A stretch of 63,715 nucleotides of DNA, the filler included, from Nemertoderma westbladi (taxonomy: Eukaryota; Animalia; Xenacoelomorpha), in NCBI GenBank assembly GCA_032718475.1. It is 4 parts of 4 records of this genome, joined end to end, with 100 filler letters (N's around TTAATTAATTAA, not from the genome) between each part and the next. Parts side by side here need not be neighbours in the genome. Positions count along the whole stretch, not along the records: positions 1 to 18,652 come from JAUCBJ010005745.1; positions 18,753 to 38,101 come from JAUCBJ010007960.1; 2 more parts are not named here. One strand, given 5' to 3'. Below are positions 11,617 through 23,600 of the stretch, one piece after another (positions within the stretch are counted from its first letter, which is position 1; the number at the start of each line of letters is the position of its first letter). The notes beneath the pieces are model-generated. The model had not been told where the DNA came from and did not search any database. It saw nothing but the letters and a program-made list of their open reading frames with translations. The translations under genes and the position numbers were made by a program.

Positions 11617-14600
11617 TAATTGTTATTTATTAAACCAAAATAATGGTACGATTGTAAAACTATATAAGCATTAAGCAAGCAAGCAGTAAAATCCAAATAT
11701 ACTATACATAAATAATAAAATATTTACACAGTTATAAAACAATTTTAAATCAGAGTTTGTTGGCCCAGTACGTAAGGGGGTGGTGGTTGCTCGGGCAACT
11801 AAGGAGATGGTACGTGTCTGCCGGCCTCCCGCAGAGACTACATACACAGTCATTCCCCGCCTCATGAAATTCTGTGGGTCTGGATGTACAAATTCGGAAA
11901 TGGAAACCGTGAAGAGCAAAGCGGGTTATGGTGTGCCTCTTACGACAATTTGCGATTGTCCAACTGCGATTTATGAACGCGATACTGTTCCAGAACTCTA
12001 CTGGGATTTCACGAGTTTTGTCTTCGACTTCAGCGGTGTATTTTTTGAATACATCCGTGTCTGTTAAATTTAGTTGACCTTTAAGTACCATAGAAAGATT
12101 TCGCGAATCACAGAGAGCGTGAACTAGCCGATTCCTAGACGATTTGTGAACTGAAAGTACTCTTTTGAGGAAAGCAGCTTGGATTTTATCGATACTATGA
12201 AGGTTGTTGACTGACAAGAAAGGCCAAATTTCGCGAAGTCCATACATAACTATCGGTGTTACTTTTAAGGAAAAAAGCTTTTTAGCTGTGCTAATAGATA
12301 GTAGATGTGGTTTCTGGATTGACCGTATTGTGGAAAGTGATTTGCAGACTATTATATTTATGTGCTTTGTGAATTTCAAGGACGATTGAAATGTGACTCC
12401 CAAATATTTATAAGACTTTTCTATTTTCACCTCGTTTCCGTTGTAGAAAAATTTATCCTGAGCGGACAGTCGGCCACCTCTCCTAAATTTCATTACGGAA
12501 GTCTTTGTAAGATTTACTTCAAGACCGTTTTCCCGGGCCCAATTAGCAGTTGCATTTAAACCAGCTTGCACTACCTCACGGGAGTCGCCATAAAATAGCA
12601 AATCATCCGCAAATAATAATATAAATAATTCCCCAATCTTGACGGTAATATCACGTATAAACTTCACAATATCGTAAATAAAAATTACGAACAGGAAAGG
12701 GCTCAAGCTGTCTCCTTGTAAAACCCCACGCACTTGTTTTATAATTCTAGAATTACGGAGGCCATCTGAAATTACTATATAATTAGGACTTAAAATCGAT
12801 TTAATGATGTTAAAAAGTGAACCACGAATATTAAAATCAAACCATAACTTTAAGAGTAGTTTAGACCTGGGGACCGAATCAAAAGCTTTGCGGAAATCGA
12901 CATAAACCGCGTACAATGGTTTTCGAGGGTATGACAAATTGCTATGAATTTTATTAATAAACTGACTTAGAGGCATTAAGGTAGATTTCCCGGGACTAAA
13001 GCCGTACTGTTCGGGGGGTATTCTTTTGGAAACGAGACCTCGGAGTCGCTTTTCGATTAAACTCGTAAAGATTTTGTACGCGTTACATAAAAGAGAAATC
13101 CCTCTATAGTTGTTTGGATCTACGATTAATCCTTTTCCTTTGTATAGAACAATCAACAAACTTTCTTTCCATGATTTTACGAGTGAACCGGTGGACAAAC
13201 AAATGTTGAATAATAAAGTCCATAGAGCTAATGTTGCTGGGAGCGCTCCTTTTATGAGTTCGTAGAAGAGTTTATCTGGACCCCCCGATTTGTTAGCTGA
13301 TTTACTGCTGATTGCCGATGCGACTTCTGTGTCCGAAAATTCCTGAACGTCGTCGTCTAGTGGAGGAGAGTTTATTGTTGAGGAAGTACACTCATCGATC
13401 GCTGCAGAGATTTCAGCCTCAGCATTATCGTCGTAGAGGAGCTTTGAGAAATGATCCTCCCAAGTAGCTAAATCGACAGGGCATCCAGCAGATCCTCTTT
13501 GTTTCTTGCACCATTTGTACGCCTGTTTTTCTGCGTCGGCAATTAGCCTTTCTTCATTTCGAACTGCTGCACTCTTCTCTTTGTCCTTCAGAAGTGCTTT
13601 GTATTCGCGTTTTTTGGCACAGAGATTTTCCCGCAAGGAACTATCAAATTGGGCGGCGGCGTTGAGTTCCAGAACCTCCTTCCTTTTAACAAAACATTCC
13701 GCGTCGAACCAGTGTTTCGATGTACGGTTCCAGGGGTTTTTTTTGGGGGGCCGCGTCTTTTATTGACTCTGCCAGTAGATCATAGGCGTCGTCTATATTA
13801 TTTGCATCCAATAAATGGTTGACATCGACGAGCCGTGAATCATTCTGTAGTGTAGACAGATTGATTTCTCGTTTCCGCTTATTGTGTAGGGGTCTGTTGT
13901 CTGTCGATGGGGGTGTCTGAAGTGTCCATGTACAAACAAGTGGAATATGTTTGCGCAGTGGGTTGGGACAGTACTTCACGTTGTCAACTCCTTTATTGGA
14001 ATACGCTACATCTATGACACTAGATCCATTGTGGCATATATACGTTGGTTTGGAAGGATCCGTTTGTAACATCAAACCAAAATCTTCCATCAATTCCTCC
14101 AACGCGTTGGCCTTAGCATTATCCTCGATGTCTAATCTCGCGTTAAAGTCTCCGGAGATAGCGATTAACTTGGAAAAGTCAGTAGGAATATTGTCTAACA
14201 TGTCGAGGACTCCCTCTATAAAATCCTCTAGTGATAGCTGAGGTTGAAAATAACAACATACAAATATAGCCTCCGTCGTTGAAACTATAACATGTGAACT
14301 GTTTGAACAGACAAGTTTCGGCTGTAATTTAGGGTTTACTGCGACCGTTATTCCACCCACTGGTCTTCCTCTCCCACTCTGGCGCGAAGCTAGAGACTCA
14401 TAGGTATAAAAGCCAGGTAGATTGAAAGATTTTGTTGTCATCGTTTCTACAAACTGTAGAATCTCATTTTCGAATAAAGATTCCCTATGAGAAAGATTAT
14501 ATACAGTTTTAAGTCCTTCGATATTCCAGAAAACTGAGGAAAACGATTGTTGTGGCGGTGCTTTATTGGCTGCAATTTCCCTGTGTTTGTCCCTAGCGTG

Positions 14601-14654
14601 ATCAGATTGTCACGCAGTCTGATACTGAGAATCGGGGGGCGACCTAGTACTCAT
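11617..14654 (-). mobile_element. APE-endonuclease + RT non-LTR retrotransposon (single ORF, frameshift near 13740, no ORF1 seen)
   Basis: APE motifs FWNIEG, VET, SGDFNAR, SVID. RT motifs YVDFRKAFDSV, GVLQGDSLSP, LFADD. C-terminal Cys/His cluster CVCSLC...HLLSC. A-rich 3' end with AATAAA. In-frame ATG at 14654 followed by one in-frame TGA. Clade not assigned. Confidence 0.88.
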
Positions 14655-14805
14655 TTAGCACCACTTAAGGATGCAAGGCAGAGATGCGCCCTGGCTGGTC
14701 CCTTTAAAGCATTAGTGCCGAAACGAAAACTGCCCTGGCCCATGTGAGGATCGAACTCACGACCTACAGGAGATGTGAATTCAATGCAACCACTACACCA
14801 AGGTG
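14640..14805 (-). mobile_element. tRNA-derived Pol III head plus SINE-core-like motif directly upstream of the LINE ORF
   Basis: A-box TGGTGTAGTGG. T-arm GTGAG-TTCGATC-CTCAC followed by ATGGGCCA (tRNA-Ile-like 3' end). Then CTCTGCCTTGCATCC...TAAATGAGTAC, resembling 31735-31778 and 62870-62915. Confidence 0.65.
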
Positions 14806-16370
14806 GAACCCTGCGAAGCCATAGTTAGCGCCGTATCCTCCTCTTTGGAGGACTCCTCCATCCCTGCGGACAGCAAGTGGGTCCTCCTTGTGGATTTCAG
14901 TAATGCCTTTAATTGCATCGACCGTTCCCACATGTTCCAAGAAACGAGAGACCACTTACCATCCTTATCAGCTTGGTTGGAGGCGTGCTACGGGGTTCAA
15001 GGTGTTCTATGGCTTGGGGCCCGCCAGATCCACAGCTGCTGTGGAATCCAACAGGGGACCCTCTGGGTCCTCTAGCGTTTGCCCTAACGGTCCACCCCGT
15101 CTCAGAGATGATTAGGGAGGAAGTCCCCGGTTTGCTAATCAATGTATGGTACCTCGACAATGGCACCCTTTGAGGTTCCCCAGAAGACCTGCTGAAAGCC
15201 CTGGGGATTCTTGAACGTGAAGGTTACTCTAGGGGGTTTGTTCTAAACCATTCAAAATCGCAGATCTTCATACCCGAGCTGTCAACCCTACTTTCAAACC
15301 CCTTCCACCCTCCATCCCCGTGCTCTCAATGGGCCTTACCCTCATCGGCTCCCCTATAGGCCTAGCGCCAGCATCCTACTGCGAGGCTGCTTTATTAAAG
15401 AGAATCACCAAGGTGAGAGCCATCATTGAACGGCTACCTGAACTCCAGGACTCTCAAATGGAGATGACCCTCCTCCGTTCCTGTTTGTCTCTCCCCAAAG
15501 TGGTTTTTGCGTGGCAATGCTGCCCCCCTAGCCTCAAACCCCCTGCCTTCTCCCAGTTTGATACCATGTTACAAGATGCCCTGTCCGACCTGGTAGAGGG
15601 TTCTCTTTCTACCTGGTCAGCCGATAAGGCCTGTCTCCCTACCTCCATGGGGGGAATTGGTCTGCGTAGGGTATCTGATCATGTACCTGCAACCTACATT
15701 GCTTTGGTCACCCAAACCGAACCACTGATGTCGAAAATACTGCATCATCCCCTGTTAACCCCCGTATCACATCAGCCCTCGCTTCTCTAGCAAAGAACGC
15801 CAAAGAGCCGGACTGGATCTCCCTGGAAGCCATCCCATCCCCTATCGCCCAGCAAACACTCTCCCATTCCATTGACCTAGCCCTATATGAGGACCTCATT
15901 TCCTCTGCCCCCGACACTAGGTCAAAAGCCCTAGCCAACTCGACCTCCCTGCCACACTCCGAAGACTGGCTCCGCACCATCCCTTCTGAGAGCCTAGATC
16001 TCAATTTCCTCGATGCCGAGTTTCGGTACTCGATGTGCTACTGGCTTGGCGTGCGTATGAGCTCTACTGCATCCCCTTGCACCATTTGCGGCTCGCCCGC
16101 AGACCCCTATGGAGATCACCATGTTGGTTGCAGTGGTGAGGGGGACCGGATTGCCCGACACGACTCACTCTGGAACGCTGTATTCTTAGCTGCTCAATCA
16201 GCAGCCTAGCACCCCGGAGTGAAGTGCTAAGCCTCATTCCAGGTTCCCGCAGCCGCCCTTTTCCCGCACCATTTTCCTACCGAATTGGCATCATGGTCGC
16301 CCTATGGCCCTAGATGTCACAGTGATTTCCTCCCTGCAGGCCCGAACTGTAGATGGTGCTGCCGCTGATG
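14803..16370 (+). pseudogene. Degenerate CRE-like RLE retrotransposon fragment (RT, CCHC, start of RLE)
   Basis: VDFSNAFN, GIQQGDPLGP, VWYLDNG, CTICGSPADPYGDHHVGC, RIARHDSL and ALDVTV motifs across several frames, with stops. Confidence 0.85.
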
Positions 16371-17548
16371 CTACTACTACTACTAGGTCGAGCGAACTCG
16401 GACAGTGGAAATGAGATCCTTCCAGGCTTCCCGATACTCCATAGTTGTCGCAATTTCGTTTCTCCTAAGTTCAGTATCCCTTTCAAGTTGATCTATATAT
16501 GTTATGGCCGGTTGTCCACGACTACACTTTCCATGAGTTGGTTGCCAGAAAAGTAGATCTGGTATGACCTCGTCTTTACTTCGCCAGCAGTGCCCACTGA
16601 ATCTTAATCTGCGTTCACGGAGGGTGGTTGATACAGTTGGTATTGTACCATAAAGCTCGGCGTTTGTCATGTGTTGTCTCCAGCTGATGTTTAGGGCTGC
16701 CCTTAGTAGTCTTGTGTAGCAACCATCAATTCGTTGTTCAAGTGATTTAGTCAGTGTCCAGGTCTCACCCCCATATAAAAATACACTTTCCACTGTGGCT
16801 CGAAAGAACTTAGTCTTCAGGTGCCTGGAGAGATCTGATTTCCAGATGGTATCCATTTTTGATAGAGCTACCCAAGCCTTTGCTTTCCTAACTTCTATGT
16901 CCTTTTTGCTACTCTCTATCCATGATCCAAGGTACTGGAAGTCATCGACCTTCCTTAGTTGATTATTATCAATGGTTGTCAAGTTTCCATCAACATTAAA
17001 GGTCATGAATTCGGTGTTTGTAGCATTTATATGCAATCCAACCTCCTTAGCAGCCCTCTCCACTTTATTTAGTAGAAGCTGTGCATCTGCTAGGGTATTA
17101 GAGAGCAGGGCGATGTCATCCGCAAAGTCGGTGTCTGTGACTGTAGTTGCCGGATATCTACTACTTCTGCGTTCTTGAAGTGTGAATCCCAGGTCTTCAC
17201 CCTTTGTGGCCGTCCTCATTGCGTAATCCAGCACAAATACAAATAGTAATGGTGCTAATGTGTCACCTTGCAGTACGCCAGCCAGGATTGAGAAAAACTC
17301 AGTTTCACCATCTGGTGAGAGTACCTGCGCTTCTGTGTCACAATATAACAATCCAATGCCAGCAACAATTACTTCTGGTATTCCATAAGCTCTTAGGATT
17401 TCAAGCATTTTACCTCTATGGATGGAGTCGAATGCCTTCTTGAAGTCCACAAAAGTCATGACAGCGGGGAGATTCTTTGACTTAATTCCTTCAATCAGTC
17501 TCCGTAGTGCAAGAATCTGAGCTATTGTTGATCTACTTGGTCGAAATC
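16371..17548 (-). mobile_element. RTE-like LINE 3' half with (TAG)n tail, cut at its 5' side by the LTR-like repeat
   Basis: ORF 16383..17459 has FVDFKKAFDS, GVLQGDTLAP, DFADD and LRFSGHCWR. CTA repeats at 16371-16385. Confidence 0.9.
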
Positions 17549-18652
17549 TGTAAAAGCTTTTGTGGGATAACTGATACGTTTGCCTTTGCTGGCCAGTTCC
17601 CCCCCAGTCGCTAGAATACTCTCAAAGGGATTTATAACTAAAATAGTGCAAGCTACCAGCTTATTGGCTGATGTGCTGTACGGAGATATCTGGGCTCAGT
17701 TTAATCGGCCAACTAGCTTAGAGAGGTTGCCTTAGCCTTGCTGTCCGTATCGGCCAATAGAATTTGAGTGGGCGTTGATTTCGACCTATCCCAGAGCTAC
17801 TGAACTGAATTTCCTATCTCACTGCTCATCCTCTGTGTTGGACGGGAGCTTCGGGGAATAAGGGTATTTTGGTATACTCGTATAGGTAGTAGTCATATGA
17901 TTTTATATGATTCTGTTGTTGTGTTCCCATTTTCGCCATAACACCGGCTTTTGGGAAGAACTCTAGTAAAACTGCTTGAATTATCGAAAGTATAAACTGT
18001 TACCTCACTCACGAATCTCACTCACTAACTAACTAATTAATCAATCTTAAATCACTATTAATCATATTGTTTGTACTGTTATTTACCGTCAGTTATTAAT
18101 TGTACCTATTTGTTGATGGAAATATTGCTCTTTGGATAATACGGATAAATCACCCAAATTTCCCAATTTTCTTGATACACTAAAGGTTAGAGAGACAGGC
18201 TATACATAACAATTGCGATTTATATTAATGTGGTGTGTATTGAATCTAATGTTATTTAGTAGACCCTACATGAGTCAATTGCTGCTCTCTTTAAGTGTGA
18301 TCAAATATACTGACGGTCGGCAGAATAGTGTGTATGATTGTTATTGGTAACAAAGCATTTCCTAAAGAATGCGCTTTATACTTTAATCATAAGCAGTATC
18401 GTTGCGTTTAGTATAAGTCTTAGTTCTGTTTAAATAGATAGAGCGCCACGTCCTAAAGGAACTGTTAATATTTCCCGAAAGCCAATAATATCTGTCAGGA
18501 ATTAATTATTAACGATCTGTCGAATAATACAGTAAGTTTACGCTGCAACCTTACACTGCAATAATAAAATTTAAGCAGCCGAATTCAGCCTCCCGGGTGT
18601 AGATCCATCGGGTGAATGATCGCGCATGGGCTGACTTCGGGTAATGATTTGC
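17549..18652 (+). repeat. LTR-like terminal repeat, copy C (opposite orientation to copies A and B), ends at the assembly gap
   Basis: Starts TGTAAAAGCTTTTG. 18441-18480 (GAGCGCCACGTCCTAAAGGAACTGTTAATATTTCCCGAAA) is the reverse complement of ~3397-3436. Confidence 0.85.
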
Positions 18653-18752
18653 NNNNNNNNNNNNNNNNNNNNNNNNNNNNNNNNNNNNNNNNNNNNTTAA
18701 TTAATTAANNNNNNNNNNNNNNNNNNNNNNNNNNNNNNNNNNNNNNNNNNNN
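18653..18752. other. Assembly gap spacer (N44-TTAATTAATTAA-N44)
   Basis: N run with an all-frame stop linker; the same spacer occurs three times. Confidence 0.98.
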
Positions 18753-20443
18753 AGCTAGTGGGTTAACAGACCTAGCGTAACAACACTGACAGTCCTGAAT
18801 CAGTCGAAAAGGGGTCGTGCCTAAATGTAACGATAACTGATCCCCCTGTACGAAATCAGTCTAAAGGGTCAGGCCTAAATGTAACAATACCGTTGTCCAG
18901 ACAAACAACAGTTTAATAACGAAAGTGAAATACTCCTTATCTTGCCGCAATCAAATCAGATCCTAATTGTACAAATACAAATAATTTCCACCTAACGTAA
19001 TGTATAGTACGCTATAGCTAGTAGAACTTTAAGGGCGATATGTTTTAGGGCGTGTGTGTGTGGGTGTGTTACAAATAAAACAATTTCGAGTAATTCCTTT
19101 TACTAGGTTTTAGTGATTTTCTGACTAAATGATACCGTGCGCTAGCTACTAAAATAAACTAGTCGCGTTTGTAGAACTTTATACTCACAAATGACGTCAA
19201 AGCTCTCTCCTTCCTATCCACAACTCAATGGGCAACCACAGTGTTAGTAACTACACCCGTGATCGGCACTAATACCAGATTCTGGTTGTAAGATAAGAAT
19301 AGGGGTTAATCGCTACCGTACGTTAGCTGATCTGGTATACTAATTTAATTCTAGAATTTTGTTGCTGCGGTAGTTAGCAGCAATACCTATCAGTACGTGG
19401 CAAGGCGCGGTAGGATATTAATAAACCTCCCTAGGCCAAGCAGTGTGCCGGTAGCAGAAATACTCCTTGCCTGATCAAATAGCTAACTCCAGACAAGGGG
19501 GGGGGGGGGGGTACTAATGTACGTTCTACAAAGCGAACCGGTACCAAACAGTCAGTGCTATGAATCACTAAATTATGGAACGTATGCTGTCCGTGCCTAA
19601 TGTGTACTCGCGTACTGACGAATGGCAATAGTTCGCACCTGTAGGAAGTACAGGTTAACCCAGGGATTCGTAGGACTTGACGAAGGGGGGGGTGTCTGGA
19701 TATAATTATTTGATCCTAAATTTGCGGCGTCCAGTGCGGTGTCACGCTTACCCTGATCTATAGGTCTTACGGCGGGCAAGGGCGTCGAACAAAGTCTTAC
19801 CTTTCTCACAAAGCGGGCGCTGCATGGCAAATTGAGCATTTCGAAGGGGCAAAGGGGGTGCGCGGTCAATCCAATGTGGGCGCTAGCGTGTTGTGGACAT
19901 CCCTTCCCTGCGTTGCTTACGGCCTAACGGTCTAGGCTGCCATCTCCCTGGTGTTCGGCTGTCCCGAAGTCGGACCAAAAGAAAACATGTCAGGAAATTG
20001 CAGTATATTTACAGTTTTACAAAAGGATTTATCAAACAAGTTTCAACAAGAAACCGAATTAACTAATTTTACAAAAGTAAACTGATAGAGTAACGTTGGA
20101 AGCGAAGGGGGGGTAGAAGTAACAAGAGTGATAACCGAAGGCAAACCGGCCTTTTATACTAGAAATTGCACATGGAAACCAAACAGAAATTTCCACAGCT
20201 TCACCATTGAGCAATGAAGTACGTCGTGCCCTATGATTGGCCCAGCTCATCGTTCAACGCAGTACGGCCCTTACACTAAATCTGGGACATGGAATCCTAA
20301 CAGAATTTTCCACTGCCTCACATTTGAGCAATAAGGTAATTTATGCCCTATGATTGGCCTGGCTCATTATCCGCTACGTTGTACGCCTCTCATTGGCCTA
20401 CCAATTAACACCTAAACGAAAATAAATGGCCCCAAAATACAAA

Positions 20444-20514
20444 TTTCCCGACTGGGATTCGAACTCGTAACCTACGTAATGTAACCAACGCCTTAACCAT
20501 CTGACCACTACGCC
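20444..20514 (-). other. tRNA-derived (SINE-head-like) sequence
   Basis: GGCGTAGTGGTCAGATGGTTAAGGCG...GAGTTCGAATCCC has A- and B-box-like motifs but no clean cloverleaf. Confidence 0.55.
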
Positions 20515-20617
20515 ACGAGAGTACCTAAGGGTTTTATGTGTACAAATATGAGTAGGCATATTACATTACTGTAACTTAATCAAAATACGTCGGATTTTCA
20601 AAGTTTTTACGCTAAAG

Positions 20618-23600
20618 TTAAACTACAAATGCTACCTTATAGTGAAATAATTCATCATAGAGTCCTTCAGTTAATGATTCGCTGGTTCCCAATATCGAAG
20701 CGGTGTTTCCGATCAGGATAGCTATCAGGATACGCTGTAGTAAGAAGCGATGAGAACGGGGCTCATGCGTGTTGGCATGGAGCCTCATCCCGACTTCTTT
20801 GAGGAAAGCGGCTGTTCTCGGACCGGGGCGGCCAAATGTCTCAAAGGCAACTGGTTCGAACTGATAGCCCCGATCAATTAACTCCTGATACTTCCTAATC
20901 TTTACGTTCTCCTGATCCTCGGCTATGCGACCACCAATGGTTTGGCTTATTCTGAGATGGCTGGGGGCCAGCGGGTCGACTACTGTGGCATCCCAGGTAA
21001 GTGTTCTTCCCTGGCTCCAAGGAACTAATGTTACACCATCTACCCGCTTCCCATCGCTCAAACAGAGACCTGGCGGTTCACGCAGGGATGGCACGCCGCA
21101 GCTGTTTAGTGATCGCTTTACGATATCGTTCAACATGCTGTGGCGTGCTTGTCGACCTGCGCTCTTACTGCACGAGAGACCATGGAGACCGTCAGATTTA
21201 ACGGGTTTACCGCACCGGAAACAGTTGTGGGGCTCCGTTACTTTACATCCCAGGCGGGTTGCTATTGAAATACGGAGCTGGGCATCTGTTAGTTTCAGGC
21301 CTAATGATGATACTGGGATCGCGTCGATCCAACAGCCAGGGATTGGGTCGTCTAAAGCATTTAGCCGGGCCAGATCATTACCGACAGCGGATTCGTGGAG
21401 GCAACCACGGTTGAACTCATGGATTGGAGCCATCCATGAACTCTGTTTGGAATCGGTTGGTGCGATGATGTCAGTGGTGGTGTAGGACTGCCACAGTTCT
21501 AGTGCACCGCGAGAGGTGATGTCATTTGCGATGGGTTGGGGGTGAAGGGCTCCCGGGATATCTCGTACTGAGTAAACTTCTGGAGTGAAAAGGAGATTCG
21601 TGAGAGGTCTGCAAGCAGCCGCTGAAGCCAAATAGGCAGTCGGTGCGAGCTGCTTGGCAGAGCTCATCCCAAGGCCTCCCAATCGGGCAGGAAGTGAAGC
21701 CTGCTTCCATGCCTTGTCGTCGATTTGCGAGTTGGCGATGTCTTGGAGGGAGGATCGTTGGAGTTGGTCGTATCGCTCTAGAATCGCCGGGAATTCAAAG
21801 CATGGGGCGGAGCGCAAGAAGTACAGAAGGCGGGGTATGGCGAAGGAATTCTTCAGGAGGAAAAACGCGTGGTGACTATCGAGCGATGATAACCGGCTAC
21901 TCATGGTCTCCAGATCAGATACCTTTGCCTCAAGACATTTCACCATTGCAAATTTCCCTATCGGCGCGCCCAGCATCGTGAGGTTGGCGAGGTCGGGTAC
22001 TAAGATTCCCTCGCAGATGCTGTTGAACTCTTTGTGGATGCGATGGCGCTCCTCTTCGGGTGTTTCTCCCAGAAAAAATAACTCGCATTTCTTAGAGTTT
22101 AAAGTTAACCCGCACTTCCGTCCTTCCTCGATAACTGTCTGGAGATCCTGTAGCACGATCTCATATTTGTCTGCGAAGTTTCCATCATCGAGATACCAGA
22201 CGTTAAATTTAGATTTCAGCGAGTGGTTGAGATCGTTCGTGACATCTCCAAACAATGCAGGACCTTCGGGGTCTCCCTGTTGCGGACCTTCTTCAGAGAG
22301 GATCACCTTGTCTCTGTGTATTAGGAAACTATAATCACTATAGGCTGCCCGGGTATAATTGTAAATCATCGGATAGCGCTGATGGATTGTCTCTAGGAGA
22401 GAGTCTCTACGGAGCGTGTTAAAGGCATTACTGAAATCGACTTTCAGTAAAACCGAGCAGCCGTTATTATCTGCTGAGACATACGAACGCGCTGCGTGTG
22501 CTGCTGCTTCGGCTCCGTTCTTGGTCCCGATGCCAAGCTGAGTGGAACCATATGAGGCTGACCTCTCTTCCTTCATGAGTGAGCCGACGTATTTTGAGCA
22601 CAGTCGTCTCCATGTCATACCAACAGCAATTGGCCGGATTCCTACACTCTTCACAAATGCGAAGAGGTTTGCTCCAAAGAAGAGTGGTCCGATACAGTCT
22701 GGGATCTTACCGGCAACAACAAGGTCGACGAACTTGCACATGGAGTTAAGAAGTCGGGATGCTGCCTCTCCATTTTCGGCCCTTATGAGATCTTTGATGA
22801 TCTGGGGTCGGATACCATCCGGCCCACCTGCGCTACCACTCGGAAATGTGGTGATCAGTTTGCGTAGTACCTGTGGTGAACAAGGTGTTGCACTTGGCTG
22901 CACTGGGGGAGGGGGGTCGCGTCTGTCTGCTGGGCGAGGAGGGTGCTTAGCTTTCAGGGCCTGCAGCGTCTCGGGAGTGTTCGGTGCCATAGAGTCTGTC
23001 GATGATGCGAGTCTGATAGCACCTCTGACATCGCCGTCTTCTATCTTCTCCGCGACTGCAGTGGCAAGGCGGATCTCATCCCGATTATTCTGATGTCGTG
23101 CCGATGTGGTATTCATTTCTGGAGGAGGCATGATGAAGGGGGAACAAGTGCGGAATGCGGCGATGTTCTTGTTCACTTGTGAGGCTAGGGACAGTTGTTG
23201 TCGCCTTCCTCCTCGCTTAGGAGCCGCTATACAGCGGTGACCTGCGATCAGAAGCTTAAACCAACTATCAACCAATGACGGGTCTGCGACTATGGCCATG
23301 AACAGATCGGATAAGAGGCTGGCGAGATTAGCTCTGGATGCCTTTGGGACATGTTTTAGTTGCTTAGCCCGATTGCCAATTAACATTTTAACAAGAGTCT
23401 CGGGGTCTGTGATGGTGTTCGGCGATGTCACTGGATCATCAATAGCTTCGGCTGGTTGCTGGCTGTGTGAGGTTCCTCCTTGGATAGGTGGCAGTCGCGG
23501 GTCATCCGGTCTGGATTGACCAGAGCCGAAGCACCTATTATCAGTGGGACCATGAACACGTAATGTGTCGTTTAAGTTGATACGGACACTTTTGTTGCAG

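Noticed and set aside
14736-14805. Functional tRNA-Ile gene
   Set aside because: Only the T-arm and 3' acceptor strand are intact; no proper anticodon arm or matching 5' acceptor strand.
18697-18708. TTAATTAATTAA palindrome within N runs (also 38146 and 56436)
   Set aside because: Artificial scaffolding linker, identical in all three gaps.
20925-23519. Plus-strand ORFs of 60-186 aa overlapping the CRE-like ORF
   Set aside because: Antisense shadows of a GC-richer coding region.
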